Source: an uncultured delta proteobacterium (GTDB lineage Bacteria; Myxococcota_A; Polyangia; Polyangiales; JAFGIB01). From it: 64,000 bases of DNA. Below are positions 10,874 through 21,659 of this stretch, one piece after another; positions within the stretch are counted from its first letter, which is position 1, and every line of letters starts with the position of its first letter. The position numbers and the translations under genes were made by a program. Location of the stretch: contig CAVZVA010000010.1 in NCBI GenBank assembly GCA_963778655.1, positions 672,001 through 736,000 on the forward strand, written 5' to 3'. The notes under the pieces were generated by a model. That model was not told where the DNA came from. It searched no databases and saw nothing but the letters and a program-made list of their open reading frames with translations.

Positions 10874-11335
10874 TCAACCGAGGGCGGCGATCACCTCGGG
10901 CGGCGCCTGCACCAACTCCAGCAGCACGCCCTCTCCGCCGAGCGGCGCGTCGGCCCCACCCTTGGGGTGGATGAAGCACACCTCGTGGCCCGCGGCCCCC
11001 TTGCGGACGCCGCCCGGCGTGAAGCGCACGCCCTGTTGGCTCAGCCATTGCACCGCGGCCTGCAAGTCGTCGACCCACAGGCCGATGTGATTGAGCGCGG
11101 GCTCGTGCACCGCCGGACGCTTGCTCGGGTCGATCGGCTGCATCAGGTCGAGCTCGACCTGGGCTGCGCCCTTGCCCATCACCGCGATGTCCTCGTCGAC
11201 GTTCTCGCGCTCGCTGCGGTAGTTGGACTTGAGCTCGAGCCCCAGCAGCTCGACCCAGAGCTTGCGCAGCCTCGCCTTGTCGGTGGCCCCGATCGCGACT
11301 TGCTGCAGCCCCAGAATGCGAAACGGTCGTTGCAT
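10874..11335 (-). CDS. VOC-family protein, methylmalonyl-CoA epimerase-like
   Basis: [46 protein letters not shown]. Confidence 0.85.
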   Translation of the reverse strand: MQRPFRILGLQQVAIGATDKARLRKLWVELLGLELKSNYRSERENVDEDIAVMGKGAAQVELDLMQPIDPSKRPAVHEPALNHIGLWVDDLQAAVQWLSQQGVRFTPGGVRKGAAGHEVCFIHPKGGADAPLGGEGVLLELVQAPPEVIAALG

Positions 11336-11461
11336 GACGGCTCCGGCGCGGCGTGGCGCGCAGGGGCGATGTAGCGGATTGTCCCGCTGCAAGCAACCGC
11401 GCCAGCTTCCGACGTGGCTTGGCGCGGCGCGCACGTGCGTGGCATGCTGCCGCGCGTTCGC

Positions 11462-12469
11462 ATGGTTGAGGCGCCCAAACCGGTCTCACTCACGGGAATC
11501 CAGCCCACCGGCAGCAGAGCCGATCCGAGCGCGGGCGGCGCCGTGCACCTGGGCAACTACCTGGGCGCGATCCGGCCAGCGCTGCGACTCACCGACCGCT
11601 ACCAGAGCCGCTACTTCATCGCGGACTACCACGCGCTCACCAGCCAGCGCGATCCGGCTGCGCTGCGCCACAACGTCCACGACGTCGCGGCGACCTGGCT
11701 CGCGTGCGGGCTCGACCCGCGCAAGACGCTGCTGTTCCGCCAGTCGGCTGTGATCGAGGTGTTCGAGCTGGCCTGGGTGCTCGGCTGCGTCACCGCCACC
11801 GGCCAGCTGGAGCGCGGCGTGGCCTACAAGGACGCGCTGGGGCGCGGCGAAGCGCCCAACGCGGGTGTGTTCAACTACCCACTGTTGATGGCGGCCGACA
11901 TCCTGCTCTACGACGCCGACGTGGTGCCGATCGGCGCCGACCAGCGCCAGCACCTGGAGCTGGCGCGCGACATCGCCACCCGCCTGAACCACGTGTACGG
12001 CGAGGGCACGGTGGTCGTGCCGCAGGCGCTGGTGACCGAAGCGCCGGTGGTGCCTGGCACCGACGGCCGCAAGATGAGCAAGAGCTACGGCAACACCCTG
12101 CCGCTATTCGCGCCGGCCAAGGCGCTGCAGGATGCGGTGATGAAGCTCAAATCGGATTCGGTCCCGCTCGAGGACAGCAAGGAGCCGGAGGGCGCGCTGG
12201 TCTACGAGCTGTACAAGCTGGTAGCCGACGGACCGCAGGTGCAGCAGATGGCCGCCAAGCTGCGGGCCGGCGGCTACGGCTGGGGGCACGCCAAGCAGGA
12301 GCTCGCCGCGGTGCTGGAAGCGCAGCTCGGGCCGCTGCGCGCGCGCTATCTGGAGCTGCGCGCCGACGAGCCCGCGCTGGACGCGCTGCTCGAGGCCGGC
12401 GCAGGCGACGCGCGCACGCTCGCCCGTCAAACCATGCAGCGCGTGCGCACCGCGGTAGGCATCGCCTGA
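11462..12469 (+). CDS. trpS: Tryptophan--tRNA ligase
   Basis: TGIQPTG...[33 protein letters not shown]. Confidence 0.95.
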   Translation: MVEAPKPVSLTGIQPTGSRADPSAGGAVHLGNYLGAIRPALRLTDRYQSRYFIADYHALTSQRDPAALRHNVHDVAATWLACGLDPRKTLLFRQSAVIEVFELAWVLGCVTATGQLERGVAYKDALGRGEAPNAGVFNYPLLMAADILLYDADVVPIGADQRQHLELARDIATRLNHVYGEGTVVVPQALVTEAPVVPGTDGRKMSKSYGNTLPLFAPAKALQDAVMKLKSDSVPLEDSKEPEGALVYELYKLVADGPQVQQMAAKLRAGGYGWGHAKQELAAVLEAQLGPLRARYLELRADEPALDALLEAGAGDARTLARQTMQRVRTAVGIA

Positions 12470-12502
12470 AGCCGCCCGCAGCGCGGCCCGCGACCTCAGT
12501 CC

Positions 12503-12976
12503 TCAGTCCGCCAGGCCGAGCGACTCGGGTTGGGCTGCCGATGCGCCGGGTACGGGGCCCTTGATATGAAACAGCCGCGGGTCGCCCTGCACGATCGCTT
12601 CCGACAGCAGCGCGTAGTCGCCGCCACGGCCGCGCACCCAGTGCTGGCGCACCACGCTCTGGTGCAGGGTCATTGCGTCCGTGAGGTACCAGGAGTAGCT
12701 CAGCAGCGCGACGGCGCTCTCGGAGTCGGGCGCCATCTCGACGTGCACCACCTCGCTGTCGCCGAGCTGGATCTCCTGCCCCCAGTCGGAGTGGCGTGCC
12801 ATGAACTGGGCGCGATAGGCCGGCACCGCGAGCCGCGCGGCGTCCGCCACCTGACCCCAGCGCGTGGTCTTGTCCATCTCGTTGACGGTGTCGGTCAGGC
12901 GCTTGCCCGCCCCCGCGTTCTGCAACAGACAGCCCCCGAGCAGCAGGCACCCCAGCAATAGCCAGCCACGTGTCAT
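12503..12976 (-). CDS. Hypothetical lipoprotein
   Basis: LLLGGC lipobox, coding-like composition. Confidence 0.7.
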   Translation of the reverse strand: MTRGWLLLGCLLLGGCLLQNAGAGKRLTDTVNEMDKTTRWGQVADAARLAVPAYRAQFMARHSDWGQEIQLGDSEVVHVEMAPDSESAVALLSYSWYLTDAMTLHQSVVRQHWVRGRGGDYALLSEAIVQGDPRLFHIKGPVPGASAAQPESLGLAD

Positions 12977-13063
12977 GCAGCGAGGCTAAAAGAGCGGGCT
13001 GCCGGCACCAAGAAATCGGCGGGCGCGGGGGCCTCTCCCGCAGGCCAGGGGTGCTTCGAAATC

Positions 13064-13177
13064 ACAGGAAGACGGGAGACGGGAAGGAAGGACGTGTTTC
13101 GTGTGAGACCGGGTACCGGCTCGCCGCAGGTGCCTCACGCGAGCACGTCGAATCTTCCCGACTTCCCGCCCTCCCGT
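13064..13177. repeat. Palindromic element, ACAGGAAGAC family
   Basis: acaggaagacgggagacgggaag ... cttcccgacttcccgccctcccgt imperfect inverted repeat with about 8-bp internal periodicity. Confidence 0.65.
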
Positions 13178-13219
13178 TTCATGTCCGTGACCGCGGATCG
13201 CGCACGGCGACGGCTCGCA

Positions 13220-14683
13220 TCACAGGCCCAGGCGGCGCTTGATCTGTGGGTCGCCGGGCTTGAGCGCGAGCGCCTCCTGCCATTGCGCCTTGGCGCCCGC
13301 GCTGTCGCCCACCATCAGCAGGATGTCTCCCAGCAGCAAGCGATACGACACGCGGCGCGAGCGGCGTTTCACGATCTTGCGCGCGTAAGCCAACGCCTCC
13401 TGGCCGCGGTCTTGATCCATCAGGGCACGCGCGAGCACTTCCATCGCGTGGTGGTCCTGCGGATCGTGCGCGAGCACCTCGCGCATCATCGCTTCGGCTT
13501 CCTTGGGCTCGTCTTCGGCGAGCTTGTGGCGCGCGATTACGATGGCCTTGCGAGTCGAGTCCTCGTCGCCGTCGGCCGCGACAGGCTTGGCGGGCGGCTT
13601 GGCCCCCTGCGCGGCAGCAGTCGCAGCCTTGTCCGGCGGCGCGCTCGGGGGCGGCGCGGCCATGGGCTTGGGATGAGGCTGGGGCACCGCAACAGCCGCA
13701 GGCGCAGCCGGTTGGCTTGGCCGCGCAGCCGCTCGGGTGGCCGCAGCGGCCGACGCGGGCGCAGCGGCCGGCGCGGGCGCAGCGGCCGGCGCGGGCGCAG
13801 CGGCCGGCGCGGGCGCAGCGGCCGGCGCGGGCGCAGCGGCCGGCGCGGGCGCAGCGGCCGGCGGGTTGCCGGCGGGCTTGATCGCGGCGCGCGCGGCCGT
13901 GGCCGCCACCCGCGCAGGCGGCGGCGCCGGCCGGGCCCACGGATTGGGCAAGAGCCCAAGCAGCATGCCCGCGGCTGCAGCCGCGCCCGCGACGATCAGC
14001 GTGACCACGCTGGCGGCCAGCCGCAGCCGCGACCGGCCAGCTGCAGCGGGCGCGGGCGCAGCGGCCTGTTTCAGGGCCCTGCCACGCCGGCCGGCTTTCG
14101 CGTGTTTGCCCCGGCTCGCGGCCGCGGGCGGCGGCGCGGCCGCGGGCTTGGCCGCAGTGGGCGCTTCCGCAGCATCGGGCGGGCCGCCCGCGTCGGCCTC
14201 GCGGAGCTCGCTCGGGGGCGGCTCGTCCGCACTGCGCGCGGCCGCGGCGCCCAGTGGGGGAGGCGGCGGGGGATCGCGCACCAAGTCATCGAACAGCGAA
14301 GTGCGGCCCGTGGCCTGCCAGCGGCCGAGCTCGGCCTCGCTGGGCGCCGGCGGAATGCTCGGCGCGGGCAGCGTGGTCTCGGCGTTGAACAGCGAGGCGA
14401 CCGGCTCGATGTCGACCGACACCTGGCGCGCGCGCAGGCGCGAGCCACGCCCGGGCGGGTTGGGCTCGGGCGGCGGCGCGGCCGGGACCTGCGCCGAGCC
14501 GGCAGGCGGCGGCGCCGGACCGCCGAACAGCCCCTCGAGCACGCGATCCTCGTCGCTGCGTCCCGCCGCCACGGGCGCGGGCTTGCGCCCCGGCCGACCG
14601 AAACCGAGGCCCGCGGGGGCGGCATCCCCCTCGTCACGCGGGGCGGGCTCTGGGTCGAGGTCGTCGTTGATGGGCGCGGCCAT
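13220..14683 (-). CDS. Pro/Ala-rich membrane-anchored protein with C-terminal TPR domain
   Basis: Low-complexity N-terminus, one TM helix, (PAAAPA)n linker, TPR helices ending AQWQEALALKPGD. Confidence 0.8.
   Translation of the reverse strand: MAAPINDDLDPEPAPRDEGDAAPAGLGFGRPGRKPAPVAAGRSDEDRVLEGLFGGPAPPPAGSAQVPAAPPPEPNPPGRGSRLRARQVSVDIEPVASLFNAETTLPAPSIPPAPSEAELGRWQATGRTSLFDDLVRDPPPPPPLGAAAARSADEPPPSELREADAGGPPDAAEAPTAAKPAAAPPPAAASRGKHAKAGRRGRALKQAAAPAPAAAGRSRLRLAASVVTLIVAGAAAAAGMLLGLLPNPWARPAPPPARVAATAARAAIKPAGNPPAAAPAPAAAPAPAAAPAPAAAPAPAAAPAPAAAPASAAAATRAAARPSQPAAPAAVAVPQPHPKPMAAPPPSAPPDKAATAAAQGAKPPAKPVAADGDEDSTRKAIVIARHKLAEDEPKEAEAMMREVLAHDPQDHHAMEVLARALMDQDRGQEALAYARKIVKRRSRRVSYRLLLGDILLMVGDSAGAKAQWQEALALKPGDPQIKRRLGL
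13743..13863. repeat. 18-bp tandem repeat (6 full copies plus a partial) encoding PAAAPA
   Basis: gcagcggccggcgcgggc repeated, one mismatch in the first unit. Confidence 0.9.
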
Positions 14684-14788
14684 GGCCGAGGTTTGCGTCC
14701 CAGGCGGCTGCGCAGGCGAGCCGCCCGCGGAACCATCTGTTCTTTATAGAAGTTTACAGGATTGAGCCGGAGCCTCCAAGGGCCTGGC

Positions 14789-16894
14789 TCAGGCGACCTC
14801 CACGCGGTTGCGGCCCCCGTGCTTGGCTTTGTAGAGCGCGCGGTCGGCGGCCTCGAACAGCCCGTCGCGGCTGCCGGCTTGCTCCGGGTAGGTGGCCACC
14901 CCCAGCGAGCAGGTGACCTTGAGCTTGCCCAGCTCGGTCTCGAACACGGTGTGCTCGAGCTCCTGGCGCACGCGCTCGGCCAGCTGGATCGCACCGCCCG
15001 CGTCGGTCTCCTCGCACAGCAGGCAGAACTCCTCGCCGCCGAAGCGCGCCACGATGTCGGTCTCGCGCTTGAGCCGGCCCAGCACCGCGCCGAGCTCCTT
15101 GATCACGACATCGCCGGTGGCGTGGCCGTAGGTGTCGTTGACGACCTTGAAGTGATCGATGTCGGTGATGATCAGCGAGAGCTTGCGCGAGAAGCGCTCG
15201 GCCGCGCTGATTTTGGCCTTGAGCTGCTCGTTGAAGTAGCGCTTGTTGAAGCAACCGGTCAGCCCGTCGGTGGTGGCCAGCGCTTCCAGCCGCCGAACCG
15301 AATCGGCGTTGGACAGCGCGACCGCGAGCTGGCTCGACAGCGCCGCGAGCGCGGGCCGCACCTGCGCGCCGAAGGCCTCGCGGCGGCGCGCGGCCAGCGC
15401 CAGCGTGCCGATCGCGGTGTCGCGCACCAGCAGCGGCAGGATGAGCAGCGACTGCATGCCGGTGAGATTGGTCTTGCGCGTATAGACCACCTGGCTGCCG
15501 GCGTCGAACTCGCCGCGGTACGGCAAGTAGTGGCGGTTCTTGACCGCCATCGCGGTTAGCGAGGTGTTGTCGCGGAAGCTCAAGCTCTGCAGCCCGTCGG
15601 CGCCCTCGCCCACCGCCTTGCGCACCACGTGCAGGCGGGTTTCGGCGTCATACTGGGTGACCGACGCGAAATCGTAGGGCGCGATCTCCGCGGCCGCAGT
15701 GAGCGCCGCATCCAGCACCGCCTGCTCGCTCAGCGCGGCCCCGAGCGCCTGCGAGGCGCGGCGCAGCACGGCGTGCTCGCGTTTGCTGCGCTCGAGCTGC
15801 ATGAACACGCGCTCGTTCTCCAGCCCGCGCAGAATGTGCTCGATCGCGCTCTTGAGCACCTGCTCCTCGGCCGGCGAAAACACCGCGTCCTGCAGGCGGT
15901 CCGCGCACAGCACCCCGCGCACCACGCCGGCCTCGCGCACCGGCAGCGCGATGAACGCGCGCACCTCGGCCGCCTTGCGGTAGTAGCAGATCCCGGTGTA
16001 GCCGGGCCGCATGTGCTCGAGGTTCATGACCAGCCCGCGCTGGAACGCTGCACCGACCGCCCCCACCGCCGGCTCGAACGGCCCCTGCGCGATGTCCTCG
16101 CTGTCGGTCACCAGCTCCACCACGCGCAGCGCGCGCGCGGGCTCGTGCTCGTCGGCCATCAGCAGCACGCAGGAGTGCAGCTGCAGCACGCGCTTGAGCA
16201 GGTCGAGGCTGAAGAACAGCGCCTGGTGCACCTCCTCGACGCTGGAGCGCGTGAGCCGCTCGGCGTCCGGCGCCGCCGACTCGGTGGGCGTGGCGATCAG
16301 ACGGAACAGCCGCGCGTCGGCGCGCACCCGCTCGCGCTCGCCCTCCAGCTCGCGCCGGTTGTGCAGCCGCACGCGGCTGACCTCGGCCTGCGTCAGCAGC
16401 TGGTGCAGTAGCGCGAACAGCGCCAGCCACAGCGCGTGCAGCGCGAATCCACTCGGATCGTGATGGCCCTCGGTCAGAAACCACAGCGGGGCCTCGAACG
16501 CGACCGCGCACAACACGAACGCGGCGACGAGGCGGCGCTCGGCGAACGCGCCCACGAACGCGCACAACACGTACAGCACCGGGTAGAAGGGGCTCTGCAG
16601 CCCACCCGCGAGCTGCAGGCCAGCGTGCGCGGCCACCAGCAGCAACAGGCCGAGCTCCAGGTCGACGACGCCGTCGGCGGCGCGGCCGCGCTCGGCGCGC
16701 AGCCGCGCGGAGGCGCGCGCCGCCAGCACCACGAGCCAGGCTACGCCCACCACCAGATGCTCGGGGCCGAGCGTCCTGCGGTCGCGGAACAGCCCGAGCA
16801 GCACCAGCAGCCCCAACCCAAAGGCCGCGAAATACCCGTACGCGACGCGGGCGCCGCGCCGAACGCTCAGAGCCGCCTGCACCAATGCCGTCAT
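14789..16894 (-). CDS. Membrane diguanylate cyclase (TM-GAF-GAF-GGDEF)
   Basis: TDGLTG, DIDHFK, NDTYGH, RETD I-site followed by RFGGEEF, ADRALYKAK. Confidence 0.92.
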   Translation of the reverse strand: MTALVQAALSVRRGARVAYGYFAAFGLGLLVLLGLFRDRRTLGPEHLVVGVAWLVVLAARASARLRAERGRAADGVVDLELGLLLLVAAHAGLQLAGGLQSPFYPVLYVLCAFVGAFAERRLVAAFVLCAVAFEAPLWFLTEGHHDPSGFALHALWLALFALLHQLLTQAEVSRVRLHNRRELEGERERVRADARLFRLIATPTESAAPDAERLTRSSVEEVHQALFFSLDLLKRVLQLHSCVLLMADEHEPARALRVVELVTDSEDIAQGPFEPAVGAVGAAFQRGLVMNLEHMRPGYTGICYYRKAAEVRAFIALPVREAGVVRGVLCADRLQDAVFSPAEEQVLKSAIEHILRGLENERVFMQLERSKREHAVLRRASQALGAALSEQAVLDAALTAAAEIAPYDFASVTQYDAETRLHVVRKAVGEGADGLQSLSFRDNTSLTAMAVKNRHYLPYRGEFDAGSQVVYTRKTNLTGMQSLLILPLLVRDTAIGTLALAARRREAFGAQVRPALAALSSQLAVALSNADSVRRLEALATTDGLTGCFNKRYFNEQLKAKISAAERFSRKLSLIITDIDHFKVVNDTYGHATGDVVIKELGAVLGRLKRETDIVARFGGEEFCLLCEETDAGGAIQLAERVRQELEHTVFETELGKLKVTCSLGVATYPEQAGSRDGLFEAADRALYKAKHGGRNRVEVA

Positions 16895-16910
16895 CGCCGC
16901 CTCTCTTCAC

Positions 16911-17125
16911 CGGGTTGGGCACGCGTCCTTCCCGGCCTGCCGGCCAAGCCGTCAGGGTCCCACCCCGCTTGCATGTCGGGCTGGGCTCGCGCCCTCCCCG
17001 CCCTGCCGGCCAAGCCGTCAGCGTCCCACCCCGCTTGCATGTCGGGCTGGGCTCGCGCCCTCCCCACCCCGCCGGCCAAGCCGTCAGGGTCCCACCCCTC
17101 CGCGAGGTTCGCTTCGCTCACGACG
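16911..17125 (+). repeat. 66-bp tandem array (3 copies) of the ACGC-loop family
   Basis: Units start at 16911, 16977 and 17043; the last copy ends in cccctccgcgaggttcgcttcgctcacgac. Confidence 0.9.
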
Positions 17126-17280
17126 TGCCTTGTTGCGAGGGATCTGCAGATCGCGCGAGCATCGCCAAGCCTGCGCAATCCACCACGCTCTCAGCTACAC
17201 GGCCCCAGCCGGCGGCGTCAAAAAAGCGGCGGCAGCCGCGGGAGGGGCGCCTGACCCAACAGGAAGCGCGCGCAGTCACG

Positions 17281-17360
17281 TGGGAGCGAAGCGACCCGCG
17301 CGGGTGGGTGGGCCCCGGTGGGCTTTGCCCAACGGGCGCGAGGGTCGCGTGACCCTCCCG
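17281..17360 (-). repeat. ACGC-loop family element, single copy after the ftsB stop
   Basis: Reverse complement reads cgggagggtc-ACGC-gaccctcgcg cccgttgggc-aaa-gcccaccggggc ccacccacccgcgcgggtcgcttcgctccc; 34/36 identity with 57127-57162. Confidence 0.85.
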
Positions 17361-17364
17361 GTAT

Positions 17365-17667
17365 TCAGTCTGGAAATTGGAACAGGATTTCGTCGCGGCG
17401 CAGCATGCCCAGCTCGTCGCGGGCGATACGCTCGAGCGCACGCGGGTCGCTGCGCAGGCGCTCGACCTGGCGCTTGAGCGCCGCTACCTCGCGCCGCATC
17501 CGTTCGTTGGTCTGCTGCGTCTGCCGCAGCTCGGCGCGCAGCGCCCGATAGCGCGGCAGCCCCTCGCTCTCCAGGATGTGGACCGGCACCGACACGATCG
17601 CGAACAGCAGCAGGCAAAGTGGCAGCAGCCAGGCCGCCGGCGAGGTCTTGTCGCGCACGCCTTGCAC
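17365..17667 (-). CDS. ftsB: Septum formation initiator FtsB/DivIC
   Basis: Single TM, G-L-x-x-Y, coiled coil, LERIARDELGM...EILF. Confidence 0.88.
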   Translation of the reverse strand: MQGVRDKTSPAAWLLPLCLLLFAIVSVPVHILESEGLPRYRALRAELRQTQQTNERMRREVAALKRQVERLRSDPRALERIARDELGMLRRDEILFQFPD

Positions 17668-17879
17668 TCTGGCGCAGGCCGAGCGATGTAGTCCAAATAC
17701 CGACAGCGTGTAGGCTCACTGTAGCCGGCCGGCGCGCGACCGAGCGGTCGGACGTCTCGCGCGGGACGGCGGCCCGGAGCACGGTGTACACGGGTGTATA
17801 CGAGTTGTTTGGGCAACCCCGGCTGGTTATCCTGAGGTGGCGTGCCAAGGCGTTGCCCGTCTCTGAGACACGACGAACC

Positions 17880-18575
17880 ATGACCATGGAAAGCGACAGC
17901 ACCGGGCCCAAGCCCGGAGAAGGCAACGGCGCGGTTGTGAGCTCGGCCTCGCCCCCGGCCGCCGGCGGCGAGGCAGCCGCGGGCGATCCCCCGGGAGACA
18001 AGGCCGCCCCGGCCGGCGGGCCGGCCGCGCCCAGCGAGCTGCAGAGCGCACAGGCCGAGCGCGACAAGCTGCGCGAGCAGTTACTGCGTACCGCCGCCGA
18101 CTTCGACAACTTCCGCAAGCGCACCAAACGCGATCTCGACGACGCGCGCCAGCGCGCCAAGGACGAGCTGATACGCGATCTGCTTCCGATCTTCGACAAC
18201 CTCGAGCGCGCGCTGCAAACCGCCGGCGGAGCCAGCGACATGAGCTCGGTGATCGAGGGCGTGCGCATGGTGCTCAAGCTGTTCGAGGACACCGCCGAGC
18301 GCGTCGGCTTGACGCGCGTGCCAGCGGTGGGCGAGCGCTTCGATCCAGCGGTGCACGAGGCGATCCAGCAACGCGAGACCGACGAGCAGCCGCCGGGAAC
18401 GGTGATCGCCGAGGTCGTGGCAGGCTATCGCTTCGGCGAGCGGCTGGTGCGGCCCGCGATGGTGGTGGTGGCTCGCAAGCCGGCGGCAGCCGCGCGCGCG
18501 TCGCAGCCACCCGATGGCGGCGGCGACGGCCAGGACGGCGGGGCAGCGGGTCCGCCCCGGGAAAAGGCTGAATGA
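17880..18575 (+). CDS. grpE: Nucleotide exchange factor GrpE
   Basis: [34 protein letters not shown]...LVRPAMVVV. Confidence 0.95.
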   Translation: MTMESDSTGPKPGEGNGAVVSSASPPAAGGEAAAGDPPGDKAAPAGGPAAPSELQSAQAERDKLREQLLRTAADFDNFRKRTKRDLDDARQRAKDELIRDLLPIFDNLERALQTAGGASDMSSVIEGVRMVLKLFEDTAERVGLTRVPAVGERFDPAVHEAIQQRETDEQPPGTVIAEVVAGYRFGERLVRPAMVVVARKPAAAARASQPPDGGGDGQDGGAAGPPREKAE

Positions 18576-20455
18576 GCAAGATCGTCGGCATCGACCTCGG
18601 CACGACCAACAGCTGTGTCGCGGTGTTGGAGAATGGCGAGCCGATCGTCATTCCCAACGCCGAAGGCGCACGCACCACGCCCTCGATCGTCGGCTTCACC
18701 GAAGCGGGCGAGCGGCGCGTGGGCCAAGTGGCCAAGCGGCAGGCCGTCACCAACGCGCGCAACACCATCTACGGCATCAAGCGCCTGATGGGGCGGCCGT
18801 TCGATTCCGACGCGACCCGGCGGCAGATGGACCACGTGCCCTACGAGCTGGTCGGCAGCGAGCGCGGCGACGCGGCAGTCAAGGTGTTCGACACGGTGTA
18901 CTCGCCGCCGGAGATCTCGGCGATGGTGCTGGAGACGATGCGCGCGATCGCGGAGAGCTACGTCGGCAGCACCATCACCGAGGCGGTGATCACGGTGCCT
19001 GCGTACTTCGACGACGCCCAGCGTCAGGCCACCAAGGCCGCGGGCAAGATCGCCGGGCTCGACGTCAAGCGCATCATCAACGAGCCCACGGCCGCGGCGA
19101 TCGCCTACGGTTTCGACCGCAAGGGCCGCAACGAGCGCATCGTGGTTTACGACCTCGGCGGCGGCACCTTCGACGTGTCGATCCTGGAGCTGTCGGACGG
19201 CGTGTTCAGCGTGCGCGCGGTGGGCGGCGACACCTATCTCGGCGGCGAGGACTTCGACGACGCGGTGATCGACTACCTGGCGCAAAAATTCCAGGAGCAG
19301 ACCGGGATCGACCTGCTGGAAGACCGCATCGCGCTACAGCGGCTCAAAGAACAGAGCGAGCGAGCGCGCCACGAGCTCTCCTCTTCGCTCGAGACTGAGA
19401 TCAACCTGCCGTTCATCGCCTCCGACGCCAGCGGCCCCAAGCACCTGGTGATGACCTTCAAGCGCCACGAGCTCGAGCTGCTGGTCGAGGATCTGGTCGA
19501 TCGCACGCTCGGACCGTGCGATCAGGCGCTCAAGGACGCCGGGCTGGCGGTCAAGGACATCGACGAGGTGATCCTGGTCGGCGGCATGACGCGCATGCCG
19601 CTGGTGCAGAAGCGGGTCGAGGACTTCTTCGGCAAGAAGCCGCACAAGGGCGTCAACCCCGACGAGGTGGTGGCGGTGGGCGCCGCGCTGCAGGGCGCCG
19701 CGCTCTCGGGCGAGGTGCAGGAGGTGCTGCTGCTCGACGTCACGCCGCTGTCGCTGGGCGTCGAGACCGGCGGCGGCGTGTTCACCAAGCTGATCCCGCG
19801 CAACACCACGATTCCCACGCACAAGAGCGAGATCTTCACCACCAGCGTCGATAACCAGCCGTTCGTGCCGATCCACGTGCTGCAGGGCGAGCGCGAAATG
19901 TCGGCGGACAACAAGTCACTGGCGCGCTTCGAGCTGGCGGGCATCCCGCCGGCGCCGCGCGGGGTGCCGCAGATCGAGGTCAACTTCGAGATCGACGCCG
20001 AGGGCATCCTGCACGTCTCGGCCAAGGATCTGGGAACCGGACGCAACCAGAAGGTCAGCGTGGTGCCCTCGAGCGGCCTGAGCGAGGAAGAAGTCGACCG
20101 CATCGTGCTGCAGGCCGAGCAGTACCGGCAGAGTGACGAGAAGCGCAAGGAGCTGGCGGAGCTCAAGAACAACGCCGAGGCCTTGCTCTACACCAGCGAG
20201 CGCGCGTGCGACGAGTGCGCCGAGATCGTGGACGGCGCGATCATCAAGCAGGTGCGCGAGGATATCGCGTACCTGCGCGACCTGATCAACGGCAGCGGCG
20301 ACGCGATCTCGATCCGCGATGCGCTGCAGCAGCTGGAGCTGAGCGCGTACAAGATCGCCGAGGCCATGTACGGCTCGGCCGAGGCCCAACCCGAGGCCGG
20401 CGGCGAGGTGCCGCCCGACGAGGGCGTCGCCGCGCCCAAGACCGACGCCAGCTGA
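18572..20455 (+). CDS. dnaK: Molecular chaperone DnaK
   Basis: [34 protein letters not shown] overlap with grpE. Confidence 0.97.
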   Translation: MSKIVGIDLGTTNSCVAVLENGEPIVIPNAEGARTTPSIVGFTEAGERRVGQVAKRQAVTNARNTIYGIKRLMGRPFDSDATRRQMDHVPYELVGSERGDAAVKVFDTVYSPPEISAMVLETMRAIAESYVGSTITEAVITVPAYFDDAQRQATKAAGKIAGLDVKRIINEPTAAAIAYGFDRKGRNERIVVYDLGGGTFDVSILELSDGVFSVRAVGGDTYLGGEDFDDAVIDYLAQKFQEQTGIDLLEDRIALQRLKEQSERARHELSSSLETEINLPFIASDASGPKHLVMTFKRHELELLVEDLVDRTLGPCDQALKDAGLAVKDIDEVILVGGMTRMPLVQKRVEDFFGKKPHKGVNPDEVVAVGAALQGAALSGEVQEVLLLDVTPLSLGVETGGGVFTKLIPRNTTIPTHKSEIFTTSVDNQPFVPIHVLQGEREMSADNKSLARFELAGIPPAPRGVPQIEVNFEIDAEGILHVSAKDLGTGRNQKVSVVPSSGLSEEEVDRIVLQAEQYRQSDEKRKELAELKNNAEALLYTSERACDECAEIVDGAIIKQVREDIAYLRDLINGSGDAISIRDALQQLELSAYKIAEAMYGSAEAQPEAGGEVPPDEGVAAPKTDAS

Positions 20456-20681
20456 GCGCTCGGGCCTCCGAGCTTGCGCGCCTCGCGACACAAGCTCGCG
20501 CTTGAGGCGCCACCCGGGTGCGCTTGATCGCGTGCAAACCGTGCAAGCGCGATCACGCGTTGCAGCCGTCGGAAGGTCTGGTGGCACGGCGGGCCGTGAT
20601 CCAAGCTGTGCGCAGGGGCCCATTTAGCGCCGATCGCGCGCGTGTGCGCGCGCTTCGGTCGCGCTCGCAAGGAGGAACGTC

Positions 20682-21461
20682 ATGCTCGAGTCATTGCAAG
20701 ATCTGCCGCCCGGAGTGCAGGGCGTGAAGGCCGTCGGCAAGGTATCCAGAGAGGACTACGAGCGGGTGCTCGAGCCGATGCTGGAACAGGCACAGCGCGA
20801 GCACCGGCGCGTGCGCTTCCTGTACGAGCTCGGCCCGCAATTCGAGGCCTTCACGCCCAGCGCGGCGTGGGAGGACGCGAAGGCCGGCGTTCGCTTCCTG
20901 CGCCTGTTCGAAGGCTGCGCCGTGGTGACCGACCTCGGCTGGGTCAAGGAGTCGACGCGCTTCTTCGCCTTCATGATGCCCTGCCCGATGCGTGTGTTCG
21001 GCAGCCAAGAGCGCGACCAGGCGAGCGCGTGGCTGGCCGCGCTGCCCGAGCCGGCGGCGGTCGCACACCGGCTGTTGCCGGAGTCAGGCGTGATCGTCGT
21101 CGAGGTCACGGCCGCGCTGCGCGCGCAGGACTTCGACGCGATGGCCGTCACCGCAGACCAGTGGATCGCAAGCCACGGCGAGCTGCGGGGCCTGGTGATC
21201 CACGCCCGCGAGTTTCCCGGCTGGGAGAACCTCGGCAGCCTGCTGCGGCACGTGCGCTTCGTGCGTGACCACCACCGCAAGGTCGGCAGGATCGCGCTCG
21301 CGGCCGGCAGCAAGCTGGCCGTGCTCGTCCCGCGGGTGGCCGAGCACTTCCTGAAGGCCGAGGTGAAGGCCTTCGGCTACGACGCGCTGGAAGACGCGAT
21401 CGCCTGGGCCGCGGGCTCTCCCGCCCAGGGCACGGCCTCACCGCAGGTGCACGCGTCGTAA
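20682..21461 (+). CDS. Tandem STAS/SEC14 (SpoIIAA-like) domain protein
   Basis: Two SpoIIAA-like repeats (G.VS.EDY, AWED, AVVTD..W; FPGWEN); GGAGG RBS. Confidence 0.85.
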   Translation: MLESLQDLPPGVQGVKAVGKVSREDYERVLEPMLEQAQREHRRVRFLYELGPQFEAFTPSAAWEDAKAGVRFLRLFEGCAVVTDLGWVKESTRFFAFMMPCPMRVFGSQERDQASAWLAALPEPAAVAHRLLPESGVIVVEVTAALRAQDFDAMAVTADQWIASHGELRGLVIHAREFPGWENLGSLLRHVRFVRDHHRKVGRIALAAGSKLAVLVPRVAEHFLKAEVKAFGYDALEDAIAWAAGSPAQGTASPQVHAS

Positions 21462-21504
21462 CCAGGCGCGCATCCGACAAAGGCTGGTTCCTGGAGTCAG
21501 ACCC

Positions 21505-21564
21505 GGGGAGCCGGGAAGCCGAAAGGTCAAACCCTCTGTGCTGCCCGTTTTCCTGTAGCTCCCC
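21505..21564. repeat. Degenerate palindromic element, ACAGGAAGAC-like
   Basis: ggggagccgggaagccgaaag ... ctgcccgttttcctgtagctcccc. Confidence 0.45.
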
Positions 21565-21610
21565 TTGATCTGGCCGTGGGCCGGCGGCGGCGCGTCCTGC
21601 GCACGCGGCG

Positions 21611-21639
21611 TTGACAGGCGCGCGCGCTGCCGCCAGGGT
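21611..21639 (+). promoter_or_regulatory. Putative sigma70 promoter
   Basis: TTGACA-N17-CAGGGT, 21 nt upstream of the methyltransferase ATG with a GAGGAG RBS. Confidence 0.5.
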
Positions 21640-21659
21640 AGGCGGCCGAGGAGATCACC

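Noticed and set aside
13743..13863. 18-bp repeat as a mobile or regulatory element
   Set aside because: An ordinary in-frame Pro/Ala linker expansion.
16911..17125. 66-bp array as CRISPR (period is CRISPR-like) or as a protein-coding repeat (ORFs 16885, 16891)
   Set aside because: The whole unit is repeated with no variable spacer; the ORFs lack an RBS and are explained by the repeat family.
17668..17879. CIRCE or HAIR heat-shock operator upstream of grpE-dnaK
   Set aside because: Neither inverted repeat was found; only a 10-bp tandem ggtgtacacg/ggtgtatacg of unknown meaning.
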